Part shown: piece after piece, positions 27,027 to 40,540 of the stretch | How the letters are laid out: each line of letters opens with the position of its first letter | Numbering within the stretch: position 1 is the first letter of the stretch | Assembly (NCBI GenBank): GCA_040954595.2 | Contig: CM082593.2 | Location: 10,987,477 to 11,051,476 of the forward strand | Direction: 5' to 3' | DNA length: 64,000 nucleotides | Source of the DNA: Balanoglossus misakiensis | Lineage: Eukaryota; Animalia; Hemichordata | The notes under the pieces: model-generated | What the model was told of the DNA's origin: nothing | The model's database searches: none | What the model saw: the letters and a program-made list of their open reading frames with translations, nothing else | Made by a program: the position numbers and the translations under genes

Positions 27027-30000
27027 TCAATCAGTCACATAATCTTTGTATCGAGACGGCTTTTGTATATTTGTTCTGGTTCGTGTTGATCTCAACGATT
27101 CTTGGGCTGGTGACGCTGGCGTTGCGGGTTGTTGAGGCGGTGTTCCCTCTGTGACTGCTGGTGCAATATTGTGTTGTTCCATCCCTGTCTGTGCTGGTTT
27201 CAGTTCTGCGCTGACTGGTTTCAGGTGGATCCTGTTGCGTCGCATTTGTTTCCCGTTGTCTAACTTCACGGTGTAGGACCTAGGTGTGTTTGCTGGGGCT
27301 ACAACTCTCGCTGGACTCCATGTTTTGCTGATTGGGTTTTGTACATGGACTTGTTGACCTGTCAGCAATTCTGGTAGTTGTCTGGAGTGCTGGTCGTGGC
27401 TGGAAGTCTGGGCCTGCTGTTGAGATGTCAGGTATTGACGAACTTCCTCCCCGTTTCTTGCTGGGTGAATTTTGGCTGGGAGAGTTGTCTTGTATGCTCT
27501 GCTGTTCAGCAACTCAGCTGGTGATGGTATGTTGGACTTCAATGGAGTCGCGCGAAGTGCCAACAATGCTAGATTCGGATCATCTCCGGACTCTTTGCAC
27601 TTCATCAGGATGTTCTTCACGGTCTGTACATGTCGCTCGATAAAACCGTGCCCTTTGGGATAGTATGGTGATGATGTGACTATCGCAAAACCATACTTCT
27701 CAGTTAGGCTGTGGAAGTCTCTAGCTGTAAACTGAGATCCGTTGTCACAAACTAGTTTCTCGGGTATTCCTTGCTCTGCAAATAGAATTCGGAGGGCTCT
27801 CATAATGGTACTGGCTCTGAGGTCTTCAAGTTTCCTAATGAAGGGGAACTTGGAGTAGTAGTCAGCAACTATCATGTACCATGTTTGGTTCACGTAGAAT
27901 AGGTCTGCTCCAATTGTGTGCCACAGTCGTGGTGGAATTTCCATTGGAATCATCGGTTCCTTCTGCTGGGAATTCTGGAATTTCTGGCACGCGTTGCATC
28001 CTGTTACTAGTCTCTCTATATCTTTACAAATTCCAGGCCAGTACACGCTGGATCTGGCTCTCAGCTTGCATTTCTCGATCCCCAGGTGACTGCTATGAAT
28101 GCGTTGTAGCATTTCATCTCTCATTACTGCTGGTATGAGGAGTCGGCTGCCTATCAGGATAATACCATCTTCGATAGCGATATCGTCTCGAATAGACCAG
28201 TAGGGTCGAATATCAGCGTGAATGTCCTTGATGCTATCTGGCCATCCTTTCAGGACTTGCTGGATCAATAATTGAAGAATTTCATCTTTGGTAGTTTCTT
28301 CTTTGATCTCCATCTGTCTCATTGGTGTGATCTTCACCAGGTGGTGTATCTGGACTTTCATGTCACTGATTTCGTTCTGATCTTGTGGTGACAGTCTAGA
28401 TAGTGCGTCGGCAAGTATCATCTGTTTGCCTGGCTTGTAGTGTATGGTGAAATCATACGGCTGTATGCGCAACAGCATTCTCTGTAATCGGGGTGGTGCC
28501 TTGGTCAAATTCTTCCTCTGAATTTGCTCCAACGGTCGATGATCACTCTCTACTATGAAACTTCTGCCGTAGAGATATGTGCGAAACTTCTCACATCCGT
28601 AGACTACCGCGAGTAGTTCTCTTTATATATTGGCGTATCGGGTTTCCGCTGGTGTCAGGGCCTTGGACGCAAATGCTATAGGTCTCTGTTCCTGTATGAG
28701 CACCGCTCCGATTCCCTTTCCCGATGCGTCGACTTGTAGAGTGACAGGCTTCTTACGGTCGTAGTAAGCAAGTGTAGTCTTTGTGCTGATCAGGTCCTTG
28801 ATCATATTGAAAGACTTTGTGTGTGTCGGAGACCACTCAAACTCAGTGTCGTCTCTGATGAGCTCTCTCAGTGGTGCTGTGTGTTCAGCTAATCTGGGTA
28901 TGAATGAACCCATGTAGTTCACCATTCCGAGGAATGTGCGCAGTTCGGTCTTGTCTCTAGGCGGATGCATCATCTCTATTGCCTTGACCTTTTCTGGGTT
29001 GGGTTTAACTCCGTCTTCTGTGTATAACATGCCAAAGAAACTACATTCTTTTGTCTTGATGTAGCATTTCTCTTTGTTCAGTTTAATGCCTGCTTTCCTG
29101 GTTCGTTCCATGGCTTCGTGTAGATGCAGGTCATGGTGACGCTCTCCTGATCCTAAGACTTGTATATCGTCTGCAATGCCGACTGCACCTTCACACTCTC
29201 TGTATGTTTCATCAATTTTGAATTGAAACACATCTTGGCTCATCCTTAGCCCAAATGGCATTCGTAGGAATCTGTAACGGCCATATGGTGTGTTAAAGGT
29301 CGTCAGGAAGGATGATTCTTCATCGATCTTTACATTCCAGTATCCGTTCCGCGCGTCTAGCTTGCTGAAAAGTGTTGCGCCTGCCAACTTTGGGGTAATC
29401 TCCTCCAATGCGGGTGTAGGGTAATGATCCCTTTTAATGGCTTTGTTCAAGTCCTTCGGGTCCAGACAAATGCGAAGTCTTCCATTGTCTTTCTCCCGGA
29501 CAACAAGAGAATTGACCCAGTTCGTAGGCTGGTTCACTTTGGCGATGATTTGCTTATCTTCCATCTCCTGCAGCTCGGTTTTGAGTCTATCCATTAGTTC
29601 TAATGGAACTCTGCGGGCAGGGTGTACTACTGGTTGTACTTCTGGATCAAGAGTGATGTGGTATGTGTAGTTTTCAAAACATCCGACCACGTCGTCAAAG
29701 CAATCAGGGTACATCCTCAGCAACTGTTCTTTGTTCTTTATGGGAGGGCGGTCCCTGGTGGGTGTATTACTGTCTATGTAGTCATCTGCAGGGTTTCTGT
29801 TTCTTCCTGCTGGCTTCTGTTCGTTCATCTTTCTCTTTTCCACTTCCACATTTCTTCCAGGCTGTGCTGTCTTGCACTCTGGGCTCGCCTGCACTTGTAT
29901 GGCTTCTACTGAACAGTTTATTTGTATCAGGTTTAAGGCTCTGCTTGCCTTTAACCCTAAAATGGCTGGGCCTGCGGCGTCAGTTACATAGAAGAGGCAT

Positions 30001-31177
30001 CTGATTTTCCTCTCTCTATGTTCACATGGAATGACGATGGTGCCAAGCTGTTTGATTTTGGAACCTCCATATGCGGTAAGGATTGTTTTATTTTCCTTCA
30101 AGTGCCCGCGTTTTGGATTTCCGTGTTTATCCAGTTTCTCTGGAAATATGATCTTGAAAAGGCAGAGGGGCAGTATATTGCCCTGTGCACCGGTATCAAT
30201 CTTGCATCTCAGTGCTACTTTCCTTTTCTTTTCGCTCTGTGTGATTGTCAGTTTCGTGTATATTTCTTCTTGTCTGTTGATGTTGTCCAATGCATTTATT
30301 TCGATAGTTCCAACATCTAGGACTTCATCATCTATTTGATGCATGTTGCTGCTCGAGCGTGTCACATTATGGATTGGTTTTCCACCTCGTCTCTGCTGTG
30401 ACTTCGGTTCGCTTGAGCTGGTTTTGGAACGGCATACCGCCTGCCAGTGATTAGGTTTCCCACAATTTCGGCATTTCGAGCCATATGCTGGGCAGTTACT
30501 TTTCACTGAGGTGTCATGCTTTTTTCCGAAATGCTTACATTGTTTGGGGTGTGTCTTGTTGGGCTGCCTTTTTACTGCGTTGACAGCTTTGCTATCCACA
30601 GGATTAGCAATATGGCAATTTGTGAGCGTTTTCATGTGTTTTGTTGTGGCTTCGTGACCTCTAGCTATATCGAGCGCCTCCTTCAAGGTCAGTTTCTCAT
30701 CACGCCCAATAAGTTTCTTCTGTATTTCTTGGTGACAGATCCCCCATATCAACTGATCTACGAGTCTTGCTTCCTGTTCTTTTGTATCCCCAAATTTGCA
30801 TTTGGCGGCTTCATTTTTCAATTTCGAAAAGAAATCATCAACTGGTTCTCCAGGGTCTTGTCTCATATCTTGGAATTGGTATCTATGTATGCGATGATTC
30901 GACTTCGGCTCTAAGTGTTCGGAAAATTTGTCGAATAGTACTGTGGGGACTTTCCGCTGGTCTTCATTTTCAAACGACCAACTGTTGTATTTGTCAAGAC
31001 CTGGTTCACCGGACCATAGAATATGTAGCTAGCTTTCTCTTCATCGTTAGCATCTTTAAGTGCTGTCTTAAATGTTAACTCACATTTTTGACAAAAACGA
31101 CTGAAGGCTAGTGCTAGATCTGGCGCGTCCCATTCCATCTTTGGGGCTGTGAAGGGCGTTTGTAGTGCGGCCGCCAT
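27027..31177 (-). pseudogene. gag-pol polyprotein with one frameshift (~31020) and one premature stop (28623-28625)
   Basis: Zn knuckles CKHFGKKH..CPAYGSKCRNCGKPNHWQAVC, protease IDTGA, RT IADDI, RNase H LQVDAS and RYANI*RELLAVV, integrase HSSHLG..C..C, ADLF, CDNGSQF, ERHVQTVK. The gag N-terminus shifts frame at KASYI/LWSGEPGLDKYNSW. Confidence 0.93.
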
Positions 31178-31273
31178 CTTGTCAGGTCAGTTCGATGGTC
31201 TTTTCTTCTGTAGTTTTGGTGTCTTGTGTAGTCGATACTGTGTAAAGTCTGCTTACATCTGATCACTCACGTT

Positions 31274-31287
31274 CACCGCTGCCACCA
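31274..31287 (-). other. Primer-binding site complementary to the tRNA-Leu 3' end
   Basis: Minus strand TGGTGGCAGCGGTG immediately follows the 5' LTR and is complementary to ...CACCGCUGCCACCA of eukaryotic tRNA-Leu(AAG/TAG). Confidence 0.85.
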
Positions 31288-31491
31288 TGTTATGTTTCCA
31301 TCAACATGGGAATAATAATGCGATCATAAGGTATAACAACAACCTATTTATTGATCGGCTGAAAAGACTCAACAATGTGCTTCGCCTTATCTGGGCGGAA
31401 GTGACGTCGTACAGCAATTCATAAACAAGTGGAACACCAACAATGCAACACTAGAGGGCGCTATATTGATCGTAGCTGTCAGAATACTACA
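31288..31491 (-). repeat. 5' LTR (204 bp)
   Basis: Direct repeat of 26604-26807. Confidence 0.97.
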
Positions 31492-32369
31492 CCCCCCCCC
31501 TCCCCCCCGCATGTTTAAAGGTTTCTATAGAAAAGCATTGTTGAGGTTCACAAAACTTTGTAGAAGCTTTGCAACACTAACTTTGGCCAAAGATTTGAAT
31601 GTTAAGGTTTCACAAACGTAGTTACAGCTGAGGTTCAACTAAGACTAGTATAAGAGGCTTCAGCACGCCAAGTCTTGTAGCAAGCTTCAACACAAAGCTT
31701 TTTGCAACATTGTTCAAAGCGTTGTCAAAGGTACTGCACAACCCTGGTGAAGTAGTGCTATATTTTCAATTAAATGGCTTAAGCCATTTGTTTCTCCAAC
31801 CAGAATTGCACCAGAGTTAAATACACACAGCTTGAAATTGTAAAATGTTGCAAAATCAAACGATCACATCCTTACACCTATTATTAGAACCAGAAGTTGA
31901 GTCAAAATTTTCCTACCTAGAAATTTTCTTTCCTATGAAGTTTTTTGCTTATTGGCATTCATATGGGAGCCTAGACCTATTCCAGCTGAGTTGGACAATT
32001 CTTCTAATATGCATGATCAAAAATGGCCGCCAAATACCTTCTCTAAAATAAAACTTGGCCCTTTTTTCTCAAAATTATGTGTAATATCTAAAATTTCAGG
32101 ATTTGCATCCATATTGGTTATGTATTGCAAATATGGCAGTGTTTGGCAACTTTTCTATTTTGCATAATCAAAAATGGCCGCCAATCACCACTAAAAGTGA
32201 AATTTTGCCATGTTTCCCAAAATGATGCGCAATATCGTATTTTCAGGATTAGCACATTCATATGGGTACCTTAAACAATACAACTGTGTTGCAAATTTGG
32301 CAGTGTTACCGTACTAATCATGAAGCAAGGAAGTGCAACCTCTGTATCCCAAATATATGTCTATCCCCA

Positions 32370-32985
32370 CTGATAGGAGTCACAAAGAGCCAGCCCCTCT
32401 GCATCATCCTGTTCCTCAATCTCACGATGGGAATCCTTTTCAGAATTCCGACCTCAAAACATCCAGGGATTCACCATCATTCACCACACCCTCGTCAGTA
32501 TCCACCATGTTTAGATCCAATGCCTGAACATGTTGTCTCTTTATCTATGGATTGCGTTAAAGGCCAGTGGGAGTTTCATCTCCTTTTTTTGCAATTTTGA
32601 CCATTTTTATCTGGTGCATAATGCTAGAGTACATATCATCCATACAGGATGATGCATGTACAGTGATGGGAAATGTATCAATCCACTCCTGCACTAGATT
32701 TGCATACAGTGCCATACCTTTTAGGGCTATTTTCTTGACCCTTTTGATAGTCTGCTGGCCAAAAGTGGCTGGCCAAAGTGGCCAGCAGAGACATTCTTCC
32801 AATACCCTTCATAGTGCCAACAGACAAGGCTTGGATATACAACCTGTGTTGCTTGTAAGGCACACATCTCCAATTGGTACATTGGGCCAATTATACTGTA
32901 CATGTACAGCTAGGAAAAAAATATACTTCATCATAGTTTCCATGGTCAGCAGCTTCAATAACTTGTTGCCTTGTCTTACTGAACA
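32370..32985 (-). pseudogene. Decayed exon with an integrase H2C2 zinc-binding-like segment (GIN/Ginger-like) and an acidic tail
   Basis: Across frameshifts: RQQVIEAADHGNYDEVY/FFLAV..YNWPNVP ... VLEEC/AGHFGQ/QTIKRVKK..KGM...LVQEWIDTFP, then VQALDLNMVDTDEGVVND...EEQDDAE. No rve core seen. Confidence 0.5.
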
Positions 32986-34283
32986 TTTAGACTTATAAAG
33001 AAGTATAACAAGAATAAAGTTGTCCAATTAGTGTTGGCAGGGGGGTGGGGGATGTGTTCTCCCATACAAAGGTGTATAGGTATGTAGTCTTTAAGAAAAA
33101 CTTGGGGTAAATGACCAGAAAATTTGACTTATAATACAAATAGGTCGGGTTTTGGGCATTTACACGTGTTGATGTTATCGACTGGGGCGACAGACTACCA
33201 TCCGAAAAAATTTCAAGTACCCCCCCCCCCCCTCGGGTGCCGGCCAGTGGGATGGAGGTGATAGAAACTGTTGCAGATACAATAGAGGCCTACAACCTGA
33301 AAACCTTCTGGCTTTAACCGAGGACTTGCCATTAAAGATACCTGTAGGCCCCTATATGCTGCTCCCACATACACTCCCAGTCCTAAACCTTGCATCTGAT
33401 TTGTGGTGCAGATGAAGAATTAAGATTGGCTTGACAATTAGCACACTTAATTGCCTGTTATGAGATATAATACATACAATCATGGGACAAGAATGGCAAA
33501 AGTTAAATTATCCAGCAGGTGTTTGAATTATGCAAATTAGAGCAGTTGTCTAATATTGCCATGTCAACCATGTTGAAATTGTTTTAGGTACCCATATTAA
33601 TGGAAACCCTGCAAATTCGATATTACACACCATTTAAAACAAATATGGGAAATTAACATGTTAGAGAAATTTGGCGGCCATTTTGGATTATGCAAATTAG
33701 AACAATTGTCTAATATTGCCATGTCAACCATGTTGAAATTGTTTTAGGTACCCAGGAGAGTTGAATGAAAATGCCATTTGCAATGCAGTTGTCTTGTATT
33801 GGGTGCCCATATTAAGGCATTCTTGAAAACGAAACATTATTCATCATTTTGACGCAAACAGAAAAGGTGTTCAAATGCAAATTAGAAGAGTTGCCAAACC
33901 CTGCCATATTTGCAATACAGTTGTAGTGACTGTCAACTCGACTACAGACAGTCTCGATGAACACAAGACATGATCCCAATTTGCAAGCTGAGTTGAAACT
34001 GACTGCTGCAGTAACTTAGCTGTGGGAATGTCTTGTGTGATTTAAAACAATGATGACCAAATTTAACACAGTTTCTCTGAGGTAACCATTTAGCTTTCGT
34101 GACTAAGTTTGTTTAAGAATCCTTTATTCTACCCAAGGAACAAATTTCCTTAGAATTTCACAACTGAGACACAGTTTACAGATATACAAAAAGTGCGTAC
34201 TACAAACATAAGAAATTGTTTGCATTTTTTTTTTCTGATGGCAATGCATTTGACTGTAAACAGACATTGACGTCCTTTAGTAA

Positions 34284-35105
34284 GGGACTGTTCAGTTTTG
34301 GTGGAGGGGGGGCAAAAGTTTGTGTCATTGGTTTTCAAAATCAGGCCGACACCCCCTTCAACCAGGACCAAAAAAATGATGACCCCCCCCCCCCTTTGAC
34401 AGGACCAAAATATGATTACCCTCCTCCCACCCCGAAAACATTTGCAATCCTTATCTTATGTACACTGACTGTATGCAATAAAGGTAAAGGGTCTCCTCAC
34501 ACCTCAATTCTAAATTTCTTAAAGAAATTTATAATTTGAAGTGTATAATAGTATAGCGTTGCAATAAAGAAGGTCTATGGATAAATTAAAAGGACACGTC
34601 AATACAATAGTTGGTAGAATTGGTAAAACAAGAAAAGTGGAAGGGGTGGGTGTACGTAGGACAATTTTGTAAAATACAATTAATGCATTTTAATGAACTC
34701 AAAGGCAAATTAACTTAATGTTGGGGAGGACAAATTTGACTTTTGCCACTCAAAGTTAACATCAGTGGGGGTGGGATGCCAAGTATTCTGCCCTGGTACA
34801 CTATATGTGGCGAAGAAATAAGGGGATGGGTGTGGGAGGGGATGTCCCCCTTCCACATAAGAAAACTTTGTAAAATATGTAGCTCAAAGTTGCATTTTAA
34901 TGAAGTCAAAAGCAAATTATCTCAATGTTTGAAAGGACCAATTTTACTGTTGCTACTCCACTCAAAGTTAGCATCGGTGGGTACATGTATATGACCTCCC
35001 CCCTAAACGTTTGAAAAAAAGATGACTCCCTCTTTTGGATTTCAAAATATAAGTGACCCCCTGGATTTTGCCAGCCTCCCCCCACCGTAAAAACTGAATG
35101 GTCCC
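34284..35105. mobile_element. Non-autonomous PIF/Harbinger-like MITE, left arm only
   Basis: TIRs GGGACTGTTCAGTTTT / AAAAACTGAATGGTCCC, TAA on both sides, and an empty site in the right arm near 58475. Confidence 0.75.
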
Positions 35106-36228
35106 TAAGCGCTATTTTGTCAGTGAAATGGCTCCAATGTTATCCCTCCAACTATAGTTGAAACGGAGTTAAATATGTACAGCTTGAAATCATAAAATGT
35201 TGCAAAATTGAACCAAGAGTTTGGTCAATGATCAAGTTCTTACAGCTATTACTAGAACCATACAGTCTCAGCGAACAAGAGACATTGGTCCGATTTGCAA
35301 GCCGAGTTGGAACTGACTTTGCCTGCACACAGATGTGCCAATTTCAGCGAATCTTATCGTATTTAAAAATGAATATGGAGAATTGTTATCTGTGTTGCTA
35401 TTGCTAGCCTACATACATGTAGCTGTTGTCATTCTAGTGTTTTTTTCTGTATACCAAAATTGCCACACTGTTTGGGATACTTTTATCAAATGTTATGTGA
35501 TACTATATCAGCCTGTTTTGGGGATCTTGACAATGACATATATTAGACTTTTCATACACAGCATGAGGTAGAATTTCAGAAACGATTAGGTAATAAGTCT
35601 GCATATCTCATAGGAAATAATCACTTTAGAAGTATTACGATAAAAAAAAATCATTTCACTCTTATTGGGAGCATACATTTGTAAAACATACATACAGACA
35701 TGAATACAGACATAGAGAGATCAAGGTGTATATTTTCAGTGGGGGAGGGGGTCCTCCTTAATTGCAAACAACTATGTAATGGTAATTTGCCTTTTATAAT
35801 AACAATTTTTGAGGTATAAGGAAAAAATATCAAACAAAATAAACAAAAAAACTAATTCAGCTATGATTTGATTCAATTATCATTCTAAAGAAGCACATAT
35901 CATTAACTCACAACTAAACTTTTAAAGTGATCAACCATGCACTTTCTGAGAATTTTTTTTATGCCCCCAAAATACAATTTTTTCATTTTCAGAACATTTA
36001 TGATATATCACAGTAAAAAAATCCCCTGGAAACTGCAAAACAAAAAATTGCAAAGCAATCAAACAAAAATGGCAAAAATTGTCCACAAAAACTATATTGA
36101 CAGTTCCATCATAGGATTTGTTAAAATGTCGTGATAACACACCTAGGAACCTGCAAACCAAATTTCAAAGAACTGTGAGTAGAGGTTTTTGAGTATTTGA
36201 CCAAAATCACCCCAAAAATATACTTCAA

Positions 36229-38506
36229 ACCAGATATTAACTGAATATGCTCACGTGCAGTACTGTGATTGGTTGACAGAATAACAAGATTAGAAAAACC
36301 AGTGTTAAACCAATTTGGTTTATAGTGTATATGGTGTAAGGGTTGTGTGTTGCACCATTGTGAAATGTAAACATGTTTGTGGAATTGTTGCCTTGTCAAT
36401 TTTTGTAAGGGGTTATGAGTCATGTACCCCATCCTGAACTGCATAAAAAGATAAGTCTATGGAATTCTAAAACTCGTTGATCAAAAATGGCAAGAAATAT
36501 ACCAAAAAGTATGAATATTTCACCAGATTTCAACAAATCTGATTTCTGTTCATGCCTAAGAACCTCTTTAACAAGTTTCAATAAGGAAGACATTTTGGCA
36601 AACAACAGGTAATTCAGACAAATCTGACTGATATCACATATATGAATTCCCATTCAAAGTTTCCAATCAATTGGACTTGTGGTTTTACTGAAGACTATTT
36701 GGCCAAACCCTGCAGAATTCCCAAAAAATACAATTATGCAAATTTCTTTACAATTTGATCATATCTGACTGAGATCACCCCTAGAAACCCAAATACAAAG
36801 TATCAAAACAATTGCACTTACAGTTTCACGGGATTTGATTTTTTGACAAAAACAGGAAATATTGCCCAAAAATGCATTTTTGCAAATTTCACCACCGTTT
36901 GCACAAATGTGATTCAGGTAAGCCCTATGAACCTCCATACCAAGTTTCCAATCAATTGGACATGTAATTTCAGAGAAGAATTTTTTTTAACAAAACTGCA
37001 GAAAATTCCCCCAAAAATTCATAAAAAATAGCAAACGCCAGATACTGACTCCACCTGAACAAAATCATACGAGGTCTTCCCATAGTACTTGCACACCAAT
37101 GCACGCCAATTTTTAACTGAATCTGATCCGCTGTTATTAAGTTTTTCAATTTTGACTACTTGAACATTTTTCCAGTTAATACCAGTATGCATTTTTTCGC
37201 AATAACAATTTCTATGTACACACTAAATATCAGTAGTTTCAAGTTTTTGATGTTGATGGACATACACATACATACATCAATACATTTAGACGAAACTGAT
37301 CCATTCGCAAAATACATAATTCTGTATGAGGCACACATACAGACATACATAGACGACGGACACCAACTTATGCTATAAGCTGACATTGATATACATGTTA
37401 GCCAAAAACCAAAATCAACCTCAAAATAGACATTAAAATATATTGCACCACCATGAGAAGACAAATTCATTTTTCGACAAATTTTCTGGGGCGTCATTGA
37501 TATAGCATGGCATATTGTCAAAGTACGTAGTCTCTGTGATAAGATTCCATACACACAAAATGGTAACCTTGGAAGTCCAGCTGACGTAGTTATGCAATGG
37601 CGTCTCGTGTATTCCGTCGCCAAAAAATCATCGTAAAATTGATAGTCGGGGTCACAATTCAAGACGACTTTCTCTAAATTCTTTATGAATGGATTAAATC
37701 GAAATCGAAATGTTGACGTATGACGTACGGAATGAGATCTGAACAGACATTCAATGTTATCATTCTCGCTCGATCACATATTGGGTAAGCCATCTAGCAA
37801 TCGCTATATAGTATTGGCGATAACAGACTGTCTATAAACTCACAAAACGGATTTTACTGTTGAGTGTGATCAACCGCCACGTTATTTTTCTCTGAACAAT
37901 AGACAAATAGAAAGCCTGGTGACATTTTGAGATTGACTGCGTGAGGACCACAATATGCGTGAATCATTTACGGTTTGTCTTGATGAATGGGTCACGTCAT
38001 AGTCATAACGCGGATTCGGCTGCACGCCAACTATCCGCCATATTGTCTCCACTAACTTACTCGTAAGTAGTTTCAAACTTCATTTGAAAAGAGTATTCGT
38101 CTGACGGTCCTGTAGATTAACAATTTACGCTCTATGAAGCAACTAAACAACGTTAGCTTCCTTGTGGATTCACGTAGGGAAGTTATTCGTAACGACGGGT
38201 ACAGCGTCTGAGCATGGACAGAACCACGGCAATATCGCCAGGAATGTCTCATTGCACAGCGCCCTCAAACTGTCGATCTCCTCAAACTATCGTTTCCACT
38301 GGTCATATATGCGGCATTAACGAAAGCTCACATAGACAATCATGTAATAGAAAAATTAAAACTTAAATAACTTCATTAATATCAAAGCCACACGCACCAA
38401 AACCTTTTCAGTTCTTGCCATATGATATCTGAACCTGTGTACTAAATTTGGTTGAAATCGGTTCAGCGGTTCTTTAGATATCGGGTATACAGACAGACAC
38501 ACACAC

Positions 38507-38537
<31 letters not shown>

Positions 38538-38579
38538 GACATCGCTAAACCATAAGCTCACGTGATTTTCACGTGAGCT
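36229..38579 (+). mobile_element. Composite insertion with Helentron/HINE-like 3' ends, left arm only
   Basis: Absent at right-arm 57370-57380. Ends in an (ACAG)/(AC)n microsatellite, then hairpin GCTCACGTGA-TTT-TCACGTGAGC and an A-run. A second similar end lies at ~37330-37405. Confidence 0.55.
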
Positions 38580-39339
38580 AAAAATGAAAAAAAATCCATG
38601 AGGTCTCAAAATGAATACACACCAATTTCTAAAGCAATTTGACCAGTTTCCACCAATTTCACATTGGTCCCAGTGGTAGATAGACATATACGAAATGGGA
38701 ACCAAAGAATAAAACACATTTCAAAGATTTAACACATCTTTTTCCTCAAGAGTGTTTTTCAAATCTTCTCCACATCCTTCAAAATCGCCACCATAAAGCC
38801 ATATTACTTGTAGTGCTTATGTTTGTCATATCTAGGTGATGCATACCACTATAGATGTGTACCCTTTGTATAGAGGCAGATTAAACAGGTGTGGTACCTG
38901 TTAAATATCTGACTTCTTTAAATTACAGCCACAATCGTCAGTCAACAAGATGTTCATGTAGATGTATACCTAGCAGTAAGCTTATTTAGATTGACAAATC
39001 TTAGATGAAAATAATGAAAAAGTGGCACAACCCTTAGGGCTTTAACTAGCAGCTTTATGCCAGATGAGTTCGAGTCTAACGATGTAATGTTGACATTAAG
39101 GTTTCATTGAAATAACTTGGGAACCTCTCTACTATTTGAAGCACCAAAGCTGTGAAAAACTTCCTTCTTTCCCTGAGTTTTTTATGAATATGTTCTAATC
39201 TGGGACAACAATTTGTTGCCAAGTGTCTTGACCCCTTTACCAAATGTCAGGGACCGGATTTTTTTCAGCAAAATTTCAAATAACCTTGGCTGATTTTTTA
39301 CCTACTTTCACATATTGGGTAGCATGAAACAAAGTATGG

Positions 39340-40540
39340 CTTCCAGAAGGGTTATAGATACAGTGTTTTGTAATAACAAGAATTAACATGAAACTATAAT
39401 TTCATGGTTAATTTAGGACCGCCTTAATCTATGGTAATGTCATTAAATATTTGCATATCTAATTGTAGGCTATCCAGTGGAGGGAGAAACCTAAACATGG
39501 ACAACATTGGGGTCAAAATTGTTTGACAGAACTTTGGGTGACTTTGGGTAAACCTTGACCAACATTACTATATCTTGGCATCCAGAGCAGATGCAACCTT
39601 GACACTTGGAGTGATGGAAATGCATAATGGAGTATTATGTCTCAGCTAGTCACAGTGCTTTTGCTGTGTTTTATGTCTTTTATTCAGCCAAATTAGATGT
39701 TTTTTATTACACATTGGCTGTGTTTGCCAGTACTTTTTAGCTGGTCACACTGCCTTAAGACAATGTATTCTCAAAATACCATGCAATCATTATGAAGCAT
39801 ATACAGCAGACAAAGTTATGGTATGACTGAACTTGCCCTTCTTTGTGACTAAAGCATGACCGGCCTGTCTTAGGTGGCCCCTACCTAGGGGCTTTACCCG
39901 TCATTGGCTCACAGTCTGAGAAATCAGCTCTGCAGGGAAGTTAACGATGTAACCCACCATTAAAGCTTGGATTTCCGCTTTTTGTATCTGATGCCTGGCT
40001 GAGGCCTTCTTAGGATCTACCCAACGCTGAGTAGGCTATCCCGTCATTGGCACACAGTCTCAGGGAGGGAGTCCAAAGTTCAGTATACCAGCAAAGCCTT
40101 TATATTGTCCATTCTTTTTAAGAGAAGGCTGGCTGCTGTAGAAAAATGTTGATCTCAAATGTATCATGTCCAAAAAAAGGCAGACTTCCAGCCCTATTGG
40201 TTAGGCTGGCATTAGGTATGTACATAATTAATGAGGCAAGACATAATATTCCATTACATAGTTCCATAACTCCAAGTGTCAAGGATGTATCTGTGCCGGA
40301 TGCCAAGATATAGAAATGTAGGTCAAAGTTTACCCAAGATCACCCAAAAGTTTGTCAAAAGATTTTGACCCCAGAGTTGTCCATGTCCAGGTTACCACAT
40401 CCACTAGAATAAGATATGCACATATTTAATGAGGTTACCATAGCTCAAGGGGGTCTTTAATTAACCATCAACATTTAGTTTCATATTAATGCATGTTAAT
40501 ATAATACACTGTATCTATAACCCTACTGGTAAGCCTAGAA
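39340..40540. repeat. Nested ~300-bp inverted repeat (Y) flanking a ~590-bp core, left-arm copy
   Basis: 39340-39645 is the reverse complement of 40230-40540. Confidence 0.85.

Larger units (their letters stand above)
26604..31491 (-). mobile_element. Full-length Ty3/Gypsy LTR retrotransposon (Mag-like), 4888 bp
   Basis: Two 204-bp TG...CA LTRs, PBS, PPT, gag-PR-RT-RNaseH-IN order, and CCCCC on both flanks (TSD within a poly-C run). Confidence 0.97.

Noticed and set aside
28533-28625. Programmed stop read-through in pol
   Set aside because: The stop replaces the conserved Glu of the RNase H Y..IE.E motif, which fits a nonsense mutation rather than a gag-pol boundary.
27332-31078. Plus-strand ORFs inside the LTR element
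   Set aside because: Antisense to gag-pol with no recognisable domains.
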